Positions 24,480 to 25,808 of a DNA stretch of 25,808 nucleotides are shown piece after piece. The notes below the pieces were generated by a model. That model made no database searches and was not told where the DNA came from. It saw nothing but the letters and a program-made list of their open reading frames with translations. This stretch comes from an uncultured Gammaproteobacteria bacterium. GTDB lineage: Bacteria > Patescibacteriota > Patescibacteriia > Magasanikbacterales > UBA922. Every line of letters begins with the position of its first letter. Positions within the stretch are counted from its first letter, which is position 1. The position numbers and the translations under genes were made by a program. Where the stretch lies: positions 1-25,808 of the forward strand of contig CAYHTX010000001.1 in NCBI GenBank assembly GCA_964359615.1, in the 5' to 3' direction.

Positions 24480-25808
24480 CTATTCAACCGTCACACTCTT
24501 CGCTAAATTTCTCGGCCGATCGACGTCACGCCCGAGCGCGACGGCAATATGATAGGCAAAGAGCTGCAAAGGAATTGTATTCACGAGCGGCTCGAGGAGC
24601 TCCATCGTCGGCGGCACATAGATGACATCATCTGCCAATTCTTTCGCTTTCTCATCCCCGTCGGTTGCGATCAAAATGACTCTCGCTTGCCTCGCCCGCA
24701 CTTCTTCGATGTTACTGCGCATCTTATCATAGAGTTGGTTATTCGTCATGATGCCGAGAACCGGGAACTCAGGCGAGAGGAGGGCGATCGGTCCATGTTT
24801 CATTTCCCCTCCAGGATAGGCTTCGCTGTGGATATAGGAAATTTCTTTGAGTTTGAGCGAGCCCTCAAGCGCAACCGGATAGTTGACCCCGCGGCCGAGA
24901 AAAAGAAAATTCTTGTAATTGGCATACCGAAGCGCCACGGCTTTGATCGTTTCCTCGCGCGCCAACACTTCTTCCATCTTGCGTGGGATAGCGAGAAGGG
25001 CTTGAACAAGCCGCTGTCCGGTCGCGATCGAGAGTCGGCGGACTCGACCAAACTGAAGGGCGTAGAGAAGGATGACCGCGACCATATTCATATAGGCTTT
25101 CGTCGAAGCGACAGCGAGCTCAGGCCCGGCGTGAATGTAGGTGCCGCCGTCGGTTTCCCGCCCGATGGTTGACCCAATCACATTCACGATGCCTCGAACA
25201 TACGCCCCTTTTCGTTTCGCTTCGCGAAGCGCCGCAATCGTATCCGCCGTTTCACCGGATTGCGAAATGCCGAAGACGAGCGTCCGGTCATCAATGATGG
25301 GGTCACGGTAGCGAAACTCACTTGCGACCTCTACCTCGGTCTGGATTCCAGCCAGGCGTTCAAAGGCATATTTTCCGATGAGCGCAGCATAGGAGGCAGT
25401 GCCGCACGCGATCAGAATAACTCGATTCACGCGCCGCATCTCATCCTGCGTCATATTGAGTCCGCCGAGATGGGCATCGCCTTCGGCGAGATCATAGCGC
25501 CCGCGAATCGCGTCTTCAATGACCGACGGCTCATCAAAAATCTCTTTATGCATGAAGTGCGTGTGGCCCTGTTTCTCTGCTTCGGCTTCATTCCAGTCTA
25601 TTTCCTCGATATGTTTAGCGACTGGTTCATTTTTCAGATTCACAATTTCAACGGTATCTTTCGTCACCTGCGCAATTTCACCATCATTCAAAAAGATGAC
25701 TTTTTTGGTATGCGTCAAAATCGGCGTGGCATCTCTCGCCACAAAATTTTCGCCCTCGCCGTTGAAGCGGCCCTCGCGCATGTGCGCGGGACCTATGGGA
25801 TCCTTGTC
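24480..25808 (-). CDS. glmS: Glutamine-fructose-6-phosphate transaminase, C-terminal part (5' end outside the window)
   Basis: 'HFMHKEIFDEP', 'IACGTASYAA', 'SQSGETADT', 'GPELAVASTKAY', 'EGSLKLKEISYIHSE', 'EMKHGP', terminal 'DVDRPRNLAKSVTVE'. Confidence 0.95.
   Translation of the reverse strand, partial: DKDPIGPAHMREGRFNGEGENFVARDATPILTHTKKVIFLNDGEIAQVTKDTVEIVNLKNEPVAKHIEEIDWNEAEAEKQGHTHFMHKEIFDEPSVIEDAIRGRYDLAEGDAHLGGLNMTQDEMRRVNRVILIACGTASYAALIGKYAFERLAGIQTEVEVASEFRYRDPIIDDRTLVFGISQSGETADTIAALREAKRKGAYVRGIVNVIGSTIGRETDGGTYIHAGPELAVASTKAYMNMVAVILLYALQFGRVRRLSIATGQRLVQALLAIPRKMEEVLAREETIKAVALRYANYKNFLFLGRGVNYPVALEGSLKLKEISYIHSEAYPGGEMKHGPIALLSPEFPVLGIMTNNQLYDKMRSNIEEVRARQARVILIATDGDEKAKELADDVIYVPPTMELLEPLVNTIPLQLFAYHIAVALGRDVDRPRNLAKSVTVE

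Noticed and set aside
274-25172. Numerous plus-strand and alternate-frame ORFs in the track (e.g. 697-1197, 2454-3008, 9473-10114, 15427-16095, 22847-23500, 24549-25172)
   Set aside because: They lie antisense to, or out of frame within, well-supported genes and show no recognisable motifs; typical shadow ORFs of GC-rich coding sequence.
25781-25808. glmS ribozyme or complete glmS starting at ATG 25781
   Set aside because: The N-terminal glutaminase domain (Cys1) and any 5' UTR lie outside the window, so neither can be assessed.

Overview
A gene-dense 25.8 kb bacterial window with 24 of 25 called CDSs on the minus strand. Gene content and style suggest a Patescibacteria/CPR (Parcubacteria-like) genome; this is inference only. 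Bases 1-10954 are a copper-homeostasis island in two apparent transcription units. The first is leader protein > DsbD_2/TauE-like HMA-cupredoxin fusion > copZ > copA > DsbA-like > DUF3105. The second is csoR > multicopper oxidase > DUF302 > Met-rich SHOCT protein > DUF5676 > DUF2933 > membrane protein > a second, partial P1B-ATPase. csoR has a near-consensus sigma70 promoter with a CsoR-type operator in its spacer. The first unit is preceded by a terminator-like hairpin whose 5' arm overlaps the stop codon of a Cys/His/Met-rich leader ORF, a candidate metal-responsive attenuator. The middle of the window holds an unannotated 33-aa Lys/Arg-rich microprotein, an EndoQ-family gene, and an orphan ~400-nt structured transcript with its own promoter and terminator (candidate novel ncRNA). 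The right part holds a large beta-helix/FG-GAP surface protein, a three-gene split ATP-citrate-lyase-like system with an in-frame REP-like insertion, RluA, a divergent Maf-like protein, a SAM methyltransferase, and a glmS-yvcK(glmR)-acetyltransferase cluster that may be a split GlmU pathway. No rRNA, tRNA, CRISPR array or transposase was seen. All family calls come from motif recognition by eye; no database search was run.
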